From: an uncultured Holophagales bacterium | GTDB taxonomy: Bacteria > Acidobacteriota > Thermoanaerobaculia > UBA5066 | Length of the DNA: 39,589 nucleotides | Assembly (NCBI GenBank): GCA_937927565.1 | Contig: CALBDV010000148.1 | Coordinates: 1 to 39,589, forward strand | Direction: 5' to 3' | Shown: in pieces, positions 8,339-15,545 of the stretch | How the letters are laid out: each line of letters starts with the position of its first letter | Numbering within the stretch: position 1 is the first letter of the stretch | Notes under the pieces: generated by a model | Told to the model about the DNA's origin: nothing | Database searches by the model: none | What the model saw: only the letters and a program-made list of their open reading frames with translations | Program-made: the position numbers and the translations under genes

Positions 8339-9789
8339 TGAGCGACGGAAAGACGGTTTCCCGCGTCAACCTCGCCGTCGCCGTTCTTCTCGGCGTCGGA
8401 ATACTGGGCCTCGTCAACTGGATCGGGGCACGCCACTACCGGAGGTTCGACTGGACGAGCTCCGGTCTCTACACGCTGTCGGAGAAATCGACGCAGGTCC
8501 TGAAGGCGCTCCGGCAGCCCGTCGCGGTGACGGTCTTCATGACCGAGGGGTCGCCGCTCTACGCCGAGACGCAGGAGCTGCTCCGGCGCTACCAGGCGGC
8601 CACGCCGCTCCTCGAGGTCGAGACCCTCAACCCCGAGAGGAACCCCGCCCGGGCGCAGGCCTTCCTGAAGGAGACGGGAGTCATGCAGCTCTCCGTCGTC
8701 TTTCGCGCCGGGGACAAGAAGAAGTCCGTCTCTCTCGAGCAGCTCGCCGAGTTCGATTTCCAGCGCGCCCAGATGGGGGGTGCGCCCGCCCTCAAGGCGT
8801 TCAAGGGAGAGCAGGAGTTCACGGCGGCCATCCTGACCGTGACGCAGGAGAAGAGCCCGAGGGTCGTCTTCACGAAGGGGCACGGCGAGCGCCCGATCGA
8901 AGGACGCTCCCGCGAGGGGCTCGAGCGGGTCGTCGAGGCCCTGAAGCAGGACAACTGCACGGTCGAGGAATGGGACAGCCTCGTGGACCAGAAGGTGCCG
9001 GAGAAGACGGATCTCGTCGTCGTTGCAGGCCCCCGGACCGGCTTCACCTTTCCCGAGACCGATGCCCTGAAGGCGTATCTCGCGGACGGGGGGAGGGCGC
9101 TCCTTCTCCTCGACCCGGAGTTCGCCCCGGGGAGCGGGAACCGGATGGTCGACCTCGGGCTCGGTGCGGTTCTCGAAGCGTTCGGCGTCCGTCTCGGCGA
9201 CGACATCGTCGTCGATCCGAAGAACGCCCTGCCCCTCATGGGGCCGGAGACCGTCGTCGCCCGGAGCTTCCGCAGCCACACCGTCACGAAGCTCCTCGAG
9301 GGGCTCCCGGTCGTTTTCCCGGTCATCCGGTCCGTCGGTCTGGTCGACGCGCTCCCGGCGGGCGTCACGGCGACCGTCCTCATCGAGACCTCTGCGGACG
9401 GATGGGGCGAGACGAACCTCGCGGACCTCGAGACGAAGGTCGAGAAGGACGGCCAGGACCTGGCCGGGCCGGTGCCGCTCGCAGTGGCAGCCGAGACCGG
9501 GGTCGAGGCCGGGACAACCATGAAGGCCCGTCTCGTCGTCGTGGGCGACGCCGACTTCGCGTCGACGGGGGGCATCGCCAATGCCGCGAACCTCTACCTC
9601 CTGACGTCGTCCGTGAACTGGCTGCTCGACCGGGAGTCCCTCGTCTCGATTCCGCCGAAGTCGACCGACCAGGTCGCGGTCGTCCTGTCGCGCGGTGACA
9701 TCGCTCGAATCACCCTCTTCGTCCTCCTGATCCTCCCCGCGTGTGCCATCGGGCTCGGAATCGTGGTCTGGCTCAAGAGGCGCCGCTGA
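8335..9789 (+). CDS. GldG-like ABC-transporter-associated protein (N- and C-terminal TM anchors, large external domain)
   Basis: 484 aa. N-terminal TM (NLAVAVLLGVGILGLVNWIG), then RFDWTSSGLYTLSEKSTQVLKAL..VTVF. C-terminal TM and basic stop-transfer (ITLFVLLILPACAIGLGIVVWLKRRR). This is the GldG family architecture. Confidence 0.85.
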   Translation: MMSDGKTVSRVNLAVAVLLGVGILGLVNWIGARHYRRFDWTSSGLYTLSEKSTQVLKALRQPVAVTVFMTEGSPLYAETQELLRRYQAATPLLEVETLNPERNPARAQAFLKETGVMQLSVVFRAGDKKKSVSLEQLAEFDFQRAQMGGAPALKAFKGEQEFTAAILTVTQEKSPRVVFTKGHGERPIEGRSREGLERVVEALKQDNCTVEEWDSLVDQKVPEKTDLVVVAGPRTGFTFPETDALKAYLADGGRALLLLDPEFAPGSGNRMVDLGLGAVLEAFGVRLGDDIVVDPKNALPLMGPETVVARSFRSHTVTKLLEGLPVVFPVIRSVGLVDALPAGVTATVLIETSADGWGETNLADLETKVEKDGQDLAGPVPLAVAAETGVEAGTTMKARLVVVGDADFASTGGIANAANLYLLTSSVNWLLDRESLVSIPPKSTDQVAVVLSRGDIARITLFVLLILPACAIGLGIVVWLKRRR

Positions 9790-9799
9790 GGGACGCGCC

Positions 9800-11206
9800 A
9801 TGTCGACTCGGAAGCTCCTGATCCTGACCGGCGTCTTCCTCGCCCTGCTCGCGTTCGTGGTTTTCTGGGAGCGCCACCAACCGACGTCGGAGGAGAAGGC
9901 GAAGTCGAGCAAGCGTCTCTTCGATCTCGACGCGAAGGAGGTCGCGAGCCTCTCGATCGAACGCCCGGACCAGCAGCCCGTGGCACTCTCCCGGAAGGAC
10001 GGGCGGTGGGTTCTCGAGGGCCCGAAGGGGGGCGCTGCCGACGCGACGACGGCGGACGGGCTCGTGTCGGACCTGGCGCGGCTCGATCTCCTCGGCGAGG
10101 CGCGGTCGAAGTTCGATCCGAAGGAGTTCGGCCTCGACGCGCCGAAGGCGAAGGCAACCCTGAAGATGAAGGACGGCTCCTCCCGGACCGTTCTCTTCGG
10201 CGAGGCGATTCCGGGTGCCGACGCGACGGCCGTCGCCGAGGGCGGGCGGCTCGGGTCGGTGAAGTTCGCCCCCGTTGCCCAGCTGACGAAGCCCTACGAC
10301 GAGTACCGGTCGAGGAGTCTCGTCGACGTCTCCACGGCCGACATCACGCGCGTCACCGTCGCCCGTGGCCCGAACCGGGTCGTCGCGGTCCGTGACGCGA
10401 GCAGGGGCTGGCGGCTCGAGCAGCCGGTGAGCGACCTGGCGTCGGGGACGTTCGTCGACCAGCTCCTCGCGGATCTCGCCGGGGTCCGCGCCACCGAGTT
10501 CCCTGCCGTGGGACCGGCAGACCTGCCGCGGATCGGCCTGGCGCCGCCCGGAGCCGAGGTCGTCCTCGAGAAGGGGAGCGAGGTCCTCTCCCGGCTCGCG
10601 TTCGGGGCTGCGAGGGCGGATGCCGCAGGGAAGCTCTTCGCGAGCCGCGACGGCGTCGTCATGGTCGTCGACGACCGCGCGCAGGAGAGCCTCGGCAAGG
10701 AGCTTTCGGCCTTCCGCGAGAGCAGGCTCCTTCCGCTCGATTCCTGGCTCGTGACACGTGTCGTCCTGGAGAGCGGAGCGCTTCGGGCCGGGGCGGAGAA
10801 GCTCGACGGGAAGTGGCGGTCGGCCGGTCGCGAGATCGAGGGCCGGGTGGCGGACGACCTCCTCGACCGGCTCTCACGGACCGAGGTGCGCCGGTTCGTG
10901 CCGACGAAGGAGCTGGCTGCGATCGGACTGGCGACGACCCGGCGAAAGAAGCCGGTCCCGGTGGGGACGGTCGAGGTCCTTCTCGAAAGGGCGAAGGAGC
11001 CGATGCGGGCCGAGTTCTACGCTTCGCGGGAGCTCGAGACCGAGAAGCTCGTCGCCGTACAGGTTTCCGGACGAGGCGACACGCTCGTCGTCGACGCGGG
11101 TGTCTGGACCGACATCCTCTCCCTGGCGAGCCGCCTGAAGTCCGGCCCTGCGGCGCTCGCGCCGGAGGCTGCGGCCGACGGCGGGCCGGACGCCCGGAAA
11201 CGCTAG
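9800..11206 (+). CDS. DUF4340-like membrane-anchored protein, usual partner of GldG-like genes
   Basis: In frame with ORF 9743..11206. ATG 9800 gives MSTRKLLILTGVFLALLAFVVFWE (TM anchor), followed by repeated beta-rich modules (..VASLSIERPDQQPVALSRKDGRWVLEGP..). Confidence 0.8.
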   Translation: MSTRKLLILTGVFLALLAFVVFWERHQPTSEEKAKSSKRLFDLDAKEVASLSIERPDQQPVALSRKDGRWVLEGPKGGAADATTADGLVSDLARLDLLGEARSKFDPKEFGLDAPKAKATLKMKDGSSRTVLFGEAIPGADATAVAEGGRLGSVKFAPVAQLTKPYDEYRSRSLVDVSTADITRVTVARGPNRVVAVRDASRGWRLEQPVSDLASGTFVDQLLADLAGVRATEFPAVGPADLPRIGLAPPGAEVVLEKGSEVLSRLAFGAARADAAGKLFASRDGVVMVVDDRAQESLGKELSAFRESRLLPLDSWLVTRVVLESGALRAGAEKLDGKWRSAGREIEGRVADDLLDRLSRTEVRRFVPTKELAAIGLATTRRKKPVPVGTVEVLLERAKEPMRAEFYASRELETEKLVAVQVSGRGDTLVVDAGVWTDILSLASRLKSGPAALAPEAAADGGPDARKR

Positions 11207-12687
11207 GGCTTCTTTCCCGGCGGCTCGGAGTCCTCGCCGGAACGGGCCGGGCGGTTCGCGACGGAACGGTCTCGTTCCGCGGCCTGCTTCTCGAGCTGCG
11301 CCACGCGCGCCTTTCTCTCGAGCTCCTTGCGGTCCTCGACCCTGTCGACCTTCTTCTTCGACGAGCTCAGGAGCGAGCCGGCCGCCAGGACGAGCCTCAG
11401 GCCGAGCTGGCCGGTGAACTTCGCCCCCTCGCCCTTCGCCCCGACGAAGCTGCTCCCGCCGAGCTTGGCCTCGGAGAAGTCGGCGTGACTGACGTTCGCC
11501 CCCTTGAAGAGCGAGCCCTCGAGAACCGCCCCGACGAGGTTCGAGAAGCGGAAGTCGGCTCCGGAAAAGTCGGCTTCCTGGCACTCGGCCCCGACGAGGT
11601 TCGTCCCGGAGAAGTCGGCAGCCGGTGCCATGACGCCGCCCATGCGGGCCCGTTTCAGGTTCGCCCGTCGAAGGGTCGCGCCATTGAGACGGGCGCGCTG
11701 GAAGACGGCTCCTTCGAGGTTCGCCTCGGTCAGGTCGGCGCGCGACAGATCCGCCTCGGTGTAGTTCCCTCCGCGCAGGCTCGCGCCGATGCCGACGGCG
11801 TCGGTCAGCCTCGCCCCGGTGAAGTTCGGGAACTTGAGCTTCGGCGTTCTGAGGTCGAGCTTCTCGAGGTTCGCCTGGGTGAGGTCCGTCTCCTCGAGGA
11901 CGGCTCCGAGGAAATTCGAACGCCTCAGATCGGCTCCCTTGAAGCAGGCCTTCTTGAGATTGGCGTCCGAGAAGTCGGCGGCCTGGGCTACGACCCTCTC
12001 GAAGTCCGAGGAGGTCAGGTCGGCCCCGCAGAAGCTGCCCCCGGTGAGAATGGCACCGCGGAAGGTGATGCGTTGCCCCTTCACTCCGTTGAAGCTGGTT
12101 CCCGCGAGCTTCGAATCCCGGAAGAACGACAGGGTCAGGGTCGACTTGTCGAACCTGCCGCGCTGGTAGGTGACGCCGTCGAAGATGGCCTGCGAGAGGT
12201 CGCACTCCTCGAAGACGCAGCCGTCGATGCTGACGCCCCGGAAGTTCGCCGCGACGAGCCGGCCGAAGGAAAAGACCGTGCCCGTGAACGTCGTCCCCTC
12301 GAGCTTCGCCCCCGACAGATCGCAAGCGGTGAGGTTCGCCTCGCGGACGGACGCGTTCTTGAGGTTCACCCCCTTGAGCGACGCCCCGACGAGCTGCACC
12401 TTGTCGAGCGTCTGGTACTCGAGGTCGGTGTCGGACAGGTCCGCACGCAGGAGGCTCGTGCCGCGCAGGGAAGTCCCCTGAAGGTGCGCGCGCGCGAGGC
12501 TCGTGCCGTCGAGTTTCGAGCCGTCGAGCTTCGAGCGCGAGAGGTCGGCGCCGGAGAGGTCCCGTCCCGAGAGGTCGAGCTCGACGAGGGAGATGTCGGT
12601 GAGGTCCGGCGTGATTCCGGGGTGCCCGGCTCGCCAGAGGTTCCAGTCGGCGGACTTCAGCACCTCGAGGTGCTCTGAGCTGGCCAT
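11203..12687 (-). CDS. Pentapeptide-repeat protein (494 aa), with N-terminal WNLWR cap and charged C-terminal tail
   Basis: Residues about 30-415 are near-continuous pentapeptide repeats (..DLSGRDLSGADLSRSKLDGSKLDGTSLARAHLQGTSLRGTSLLRADLSDTDL..). The N-terminus reads LEVLKSADWNLWRAGHPGITPDL. The C-terminus is a short hydrophobic stretch plus a K/E/R-rich tail. The ATG is at 12687. Confidence 0.9.
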   Translation of the reverse strand: MASSEHLEVLKSADWNLWRAGHPGITPDLTDISLVELDLSGRDLSGADLSRSKLDGSKLDGTSLARAHLQGTSLRGTSLLRADLSDTDLEYQTLDKVQLVGASLKGVNLKNASVREANLTACDLSGAKLEGTTFTGTVFSFGRLVAANFRGVSIDGCVFEECDLSQAIFDGVTYQRGRFDKSTLTLSFFRDSKLAGTSFNGVKGQRITFRGAILTGGSFCGADLTSSDFERVVAQAADFSDANLKKACFKGADLRRSNFLGAVLEETDLTQANLEKLDLRTPKLKFPNFTGARLTDAVGIGASLRGGNYTEADLSRADLTEANLEGAVFQRARLNGATLRRANLKRARMGGVMAPAADFSGTNLVGAECQEADFSGADFRFSNLVGAVLEGSLFKGANVSHADFSEAKLGGSSFVGAKGEGAKFTGQLGLRLVLAAGSLLSSSKKKVDRVEDRKELERKARVAQLEKQAAERDRSVANRPARSGEDSEPPGKKP

Positions 12688-12695
12688 GATGCGGG

Positions 12696-12701
12696 AGTCT
12701 A
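12696..12701 (-). promoter_or_regulatory. -10-like hexamer TAGACT (minus strand), 8 nt upstream of the pentapeptide gene ATG
   Basis: The minus strand reads ...gacgtTAGACTcccgcatcATG. There is no SD in the gap. Confidence 0.35.
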
Positions 12702-12706
12702 ACGTC

Positions 12707-12712
12707 TAGAAT
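12707..12712 (+). promoter_or_regulatory. -10-like hexamer TAGAAT, 6 nt upstream of the AAA+ gene ATG
   Basis: The sequence reads cgtcTAGAATcgcttcATG(12719), with no SD in the gap. The whole divergent spacer is only 31 bp (12688-12718). Confidence 0.4.
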
Positions 12713-12718
12713 CGCTTC

Positions 12719-14221
12719 ATGAGCGCCACTGTTCCCGTCCGCGGTGCCGAGAGGATCCGACGCGCCCTCCTCGGCGCCTACCCCCTCCTCTACGTCCAGT
12801 CGTGGGAAGAGGGCCGCGTCGAGCGGGCAATGTCCGTTCTCGCGCAGAAGTTCTACGAAAAGCCCGTGCCGTTTGCGGCCTGGACGTGCGTCGACGGCTG
12901 GACCGGGCTTCCGGACGCCCCGGCCGACACGAGGGACCCCCTGCGGGCCCTGGACGTCGTCCTGCAGGCGGCCGGACCCGGCTTCTTCCTGATGAAGGAC
13001 CTTCCCTCCCTGCTGGCGGAGCGGCCCGACGTCGTCCGGAAGCTGAGGGACGCCTACCGGCAGCTGAAGGGGAAGGGGAAGTTCGTGGTGATGGTCTCGC
13101 CGCGGCTCCTCCTGCCGGAGGACCTGAACAAGGAGGTCTTCGTCGTCGACTACGACCTGCCGGACGAGGCGGAGGTCCGGAACGCGGTGACCATCCTCGG
13201 GAAGCGGTACCTCGGCGAAGGGGGGCTCACGCCCGTCGACGCCGACCGGGTGGTCACGATCCTCCGGGGACAGACGCTCGACGAGCTGGAGCACGTCTTC
13301 GCGAAGGTCTTCGCCCGGACCCCGCGGTTCGACGAGTCCACGTTCGACGAGCTCCTGGCCGAGAAGGAGCAGTCCTCCCGGAAGGCGGGGGTGCTCGAGT
13401 ACGTCCCCCCCCGCTTCTCGCTCGACGACATCGGCGGGCTCGAGAACCTCAAGGAGTGGCTCCGGAAGCGACAGACCCTCTTCACGAGGGAGGCGGTCGA
13501 GGCGGGGCTGCCCGTTCCGAAGGGACTTCTCATGATGGGGATGTCGGGCTGCGGAAAGTCGCTCTCGGTGAAGGCGATCCCGGCCCTCTGGAATCTCCCG
13601 CTCTTCCGGCTCGACATGAACATCGTATTCGGGACGGCGAATCCGGAGGCGAGCTTTCACAAGGCCCTGAAGACCGTCGAGGGGCTCGCGCCGGCGGTTC
13701 TCTGGATCGACGAGATCGAGATGGCGATCACGGGTGGCCGCGAGGCGGGGGGGGGCGACCCGGCGCTCGGCCGGATCTTCTCGACGTTCCTCACCTGGAT
13801 GCAGGAGAAGGAGGCGCTCGTCTTCGTGGCCGCGACGGCGAACCGGATACACCTCCTGCCGGCGGAGTTCATCCGGAAGGGCCGCTTCGACCAGGTCTTC
13901 TTCCTCGACCTGCCGAACGAGACCGAGCGCAAGGCGATCTTCACCGTCCACCTGAAGAAGCAGAACGCCGACGTGGCGCGGTTCGACGTCGTCTTCCTCG
14001 CGAAGGCGACGAAGGGCTTCAACGGGGCCGAGATCGAGTCTGTCGTCCAGTCCGCCGCGATCGACGCGTTCAACGAGAAGCGGGTCCTCTCGGAGGACGA
14101 CGTGGCGAGGCTCATCACGAACACCGTGGCGCTCTCGAAGACGATGGACGAGCAGATCAAGGCGATCAAGAGCTGGGCCCACAACCGCGCCATCTCTGCC
14201 TCGCGCGAGAGCGCGACGTAG
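12719..14221 (+). CDS. AAA+ ATPase, Ycf46-like architecture (N-terminal non-ATPase domain plus a single classic-clade AAA module)
   Basis: Motifs: ..YPLLYVQSWEEGRVE.., FSLDDIGGLENLKEWLRKR, Walker A GMSGCGKS, Walker B VLWIDEIE, and second region of homology ATANRIHLLPAEFIRKGRFDQVFFLDLP. The C-terminus has FNGAEIESVV ... IKAIKSWA. 500 aa. Confidence 0.9.
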   Translation: MSATVPVRGAERIRRALLGAYPLLYVQSWEEGRVERAMSVLAQKFYEKPVPFAAWTCVDGWTGLPDAPADTRDPLRALDVVLQAAGPGFFLMKDLPSLLAERPDVVRKLRDAYRQLKGKGKFVVMVSPRLLLPEDLNKEVFVVDYDLPDEAEVRNAVTILGKRYLGEGGLTPVDADRVVTILRGQTLDELEHVFAKVFARTPRFDESTFDELLAEKEQSSRKAGVLEYVPPRFSLDDIGGLENLKEWLRKRQTLFTREAVEAGLPVPKGLLMMGMSGCGKSLSVKAIPALWNLPLFRLDMNIVFGTANPEASFHKALKTVEGLAPAVLWIDEIEMAITGGREAGGGDPALGRIFSTFLTWMQEKEALVFVAATANRIHLLPAEFIRKGRFDQVFFLDLPNETERKAIFTVHLKKQNADVARFDVVFLAKATKGFNGAEIESVVQSAAIDAFNEKRVLSEDDVARLITNTVALSKTMDEQIKAIKSWAHNRAISASRESAT

Positions 14222-14233
14222 AGGCGCGCCGAA

Positions 14234-14264
14234 CGCCGGGCCGGGGTCGACCTGTCGCCCGGCG
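14234..14264. terminator. GC hairpin between the convergent AAA+ and LON-domain genes (possible bidirectional terminator)
   Basis: CGCCGGGC (14234-14241) pairs with GCCCGGCG (14257-14264) around a 15-nt loop. There is no U-tract. Confidence 0.3.
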
Positions 14265-14268
14265 CCGG

Positions 14269-14928
14269 TCAGTTCCAGCGGGCGTCGACCTCTCCCCGCC
14301 GGAACGGAGCCAGGAGGTCGACGCGCATCTGCAGGTTGCGGACGTGGTCGAGGACCCAGGCGTAGCGGTCTCCGAGGGCATCCATGGCGAGGAGGGTGTA
14401 GCGGTCTTCCGAGCCGAGGCCGAGACGGCTCGCGGCCTCGTTGACGAGCCCCTCGTCCGAGAGGGTTCCGGGAAGGTGACGCGCCTCCGTCCGTCCGACC
14501 GACACGGCGAGGCGCGCGACGGCGAGGGCGAGGAGCTTCCTGAGGTCGCGTCGCCCCGGCCCCCCTCCCCGGCCCTGAGGGAGGGGCCGGATCGGCGCCT
14601 CGTCGACCTCGCCGAGCCGGTAGACCCGGCCCTCCCTTTCCTCCCTGAGCCTGTAGCGGAAGGCGCCGCGAAGGACGATGTTCGAACGGCCGTCGGCGAG
14701 GGGCTCGTGCTCGACGATCTCCCCGGCGCAGCCGAATGGGAGGAGCGCCGGCCGGCCGTCCGGCAGCGGCGGGACGTCCGGATCGAGGGTGTGGAGTCCG
14801 ATGAGCCTCTCGCCCGCCAGGGCGTCGGCGAGCATCGTGCGGTAGCGGGGCTCGAATACGTGGAACGGGAGGTGCGTCTGCGGGAGGAGGACCGCGTCGA
14901 GAGGGAAGAGCGGGAGGACGCGCCTCAC
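14269..14928 (-). CDS. Stand-alone LON N-terminal (substrate-binding, PUA-like) domain protein
   Basis: GTG 14928 gives VRRVLPLFPLDAVLLPQTHLPFHVFEPRYRTMLADAL..., the canonical Lon N-domain start. About 219 aa. The track ORF (to 15222) is over-extended. The start overlaps the cytochrome c stop (GTGA). Confidence 0.85.
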   Translation of the reverse strand: MRRVLPLFPLDAVLLPQTHLPFHVFEPRYRTMLADALAGERLIGLHTLDPDVPPLPDGRPALLPFGCAGEIVEHEPLADGRSNIVLRGAFRYRLREEREGRVYRLGEVDEAPIRPLPQGRGGGPGRRDLRKLLALAVARLAVSVGRTEARHLPGTLSDEGLVNEAASRLGLGSEDRYTLLAMDALGDRYAWVLDHVRNLQMRVDLLAPFRRGEVDARWN

Positions 14929-15284
14929 GGCTCCGCTCCCACGGAACCGGCGGCTGCGAGTTTCAGGGCGTGCTCGACGACGGCGTCGATCTCCTCCGGT
15001 GCCAGGCGGTCGGCGAAGGGAGGCATCGTGCTGGCCGGGTCGCCGTCGGCAACGAGCCGGCGAAGCGAAGCCCGGTCGGAGCCGTGCTTCCAGCGGCCGT
15101 CGGTCAGGTCGGCGAACGGACGTCCCTCGGCGAAGCGGGTCCTGCCGGCGCCGTCTGCGCCGTGGCAGGCCGCGCACCTCGTCCGCCAGAGACGCGCGCC
15201 GGAGTCGGAGTCGGTCGTGCACGAGCCGAGGGCTCCCGTGGCGAGGACGATCGAGAGAGAGGTGATCCGAAGCGTGTTCCTCAT
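14925..15284 (-). CDS. Small c-type cytochrome, probable lipoprotein
   Basis: ATG 15284 gives MRNTLRITSLSIVLATGALGSC (signal peptide with lipobox LGSC). It has a single heme motif CAACH and a downstream Met (STMPPF). About 119 aa. The track ORF (to 15536) is over-extended. Confidence 0.8.
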   Translation of the reverse strand: MRNTLRITSLSIVLATGALGSCTTDSDSGARLWRTRCAACHGADGAGRTRFAEGRPFADLTDGRWKHGSDRASLRRLVADGDPASTMPPFADRLAPEEIDAVVEHALKLAAAGSVGAEP

Positions 15285-15292
15285 GCTATCTT
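15284..15292 (+). promoter_or_regulatory. Extended -10-like element TGcTATCTT, 7 nt upstream of the ferredoxin ATG
   Basis: The sequence reads caTGcTATCTTttcggctATG(15300). The element overlaps the first base of the opposite-strand cytochrome c start codon. No SD. Confidence 0.45.
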
Positions 15293-15299
15293 TTCGGCT

Positions 15300-15533
15300 A
15301 TGGCGAACAAGGACGACCGCTACAGTGAGAACGCTCCCGGCAAGTTCTACGTCGATTCGCAGTGCATAGACTGCGACGTCTGCCGGGTGACCGCCCCGAA
15401 CAACTTCGGCCGCGAGGAAGAGAAGGGCTATTCCTACGTCATCAAGGCGGCCGAGACGCCCGAGGAAGAGGCGCAGTGCCAGGAGGCGATGGACTCCTGC
15501 CCGGTCGAAGCGATCGGGAACGACGGGGAATAG
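15300..15533 (+). CDS. Small single-cluster ferredoxin (CxxCxxC...CP)
   Basis: The protein reads MANKDDRYSENAPGKFYVDSQCIDCDVCRVTAPNNFGREEEKGYSYVIKAAETPEEEAQCQEAMDSCPVEAIGNDGE (77 aa). It is in frame with the over-extended track ORF 14970..15533. Confidence 0.85.
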   Translation: MANKDDRYSENAPGKFYVDSQCIDCDVCRVTAPNNFGREEEKGYSYVIKAAETPEEEAQCQEAMDSCPVEAIGNDGE

Positions 15534-15545
15534 CACCGTCCCTTT

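Noticed and set aside
11300-12600. Strong 15-nt periodicity in the DNA, considered as a possible tandem-repeat array or CRISPR-like structure.
   Set aside because: The periodicity is fully explained by the pentapeptide-repeat coding sequence (5 codons = 15 nt). The units are degenerate at the DNA level and there are no spacers. The plus-strand ORFs here (11504.., 11789.., 12170.., 12503..) are mirror images of the repeat.
10874-14182. 1102-aa minus-strand ORF, the longest in the track, spanning the DUF4340, pentapeptide and AAA+ loci.
   Set aside because: The translation is dominated by Arg/Pro/Gly/Glu/Asp runs with no recognisable motifs. It overlaps three well-supported genes on other frames or strands. 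This is the typical shadow ORF of very GC-rich DNA, where stop codons are rare in any frame.
12802-15369. 855-aa plus-strand ORF crossing the AAA+, LON-domain and cytochrome c loci.
   Set aside because: It is out of frame with the AAA+ gene and antisense to two supported genes. The composition is Arg/Gly/Pro-rich and no motifs are present.
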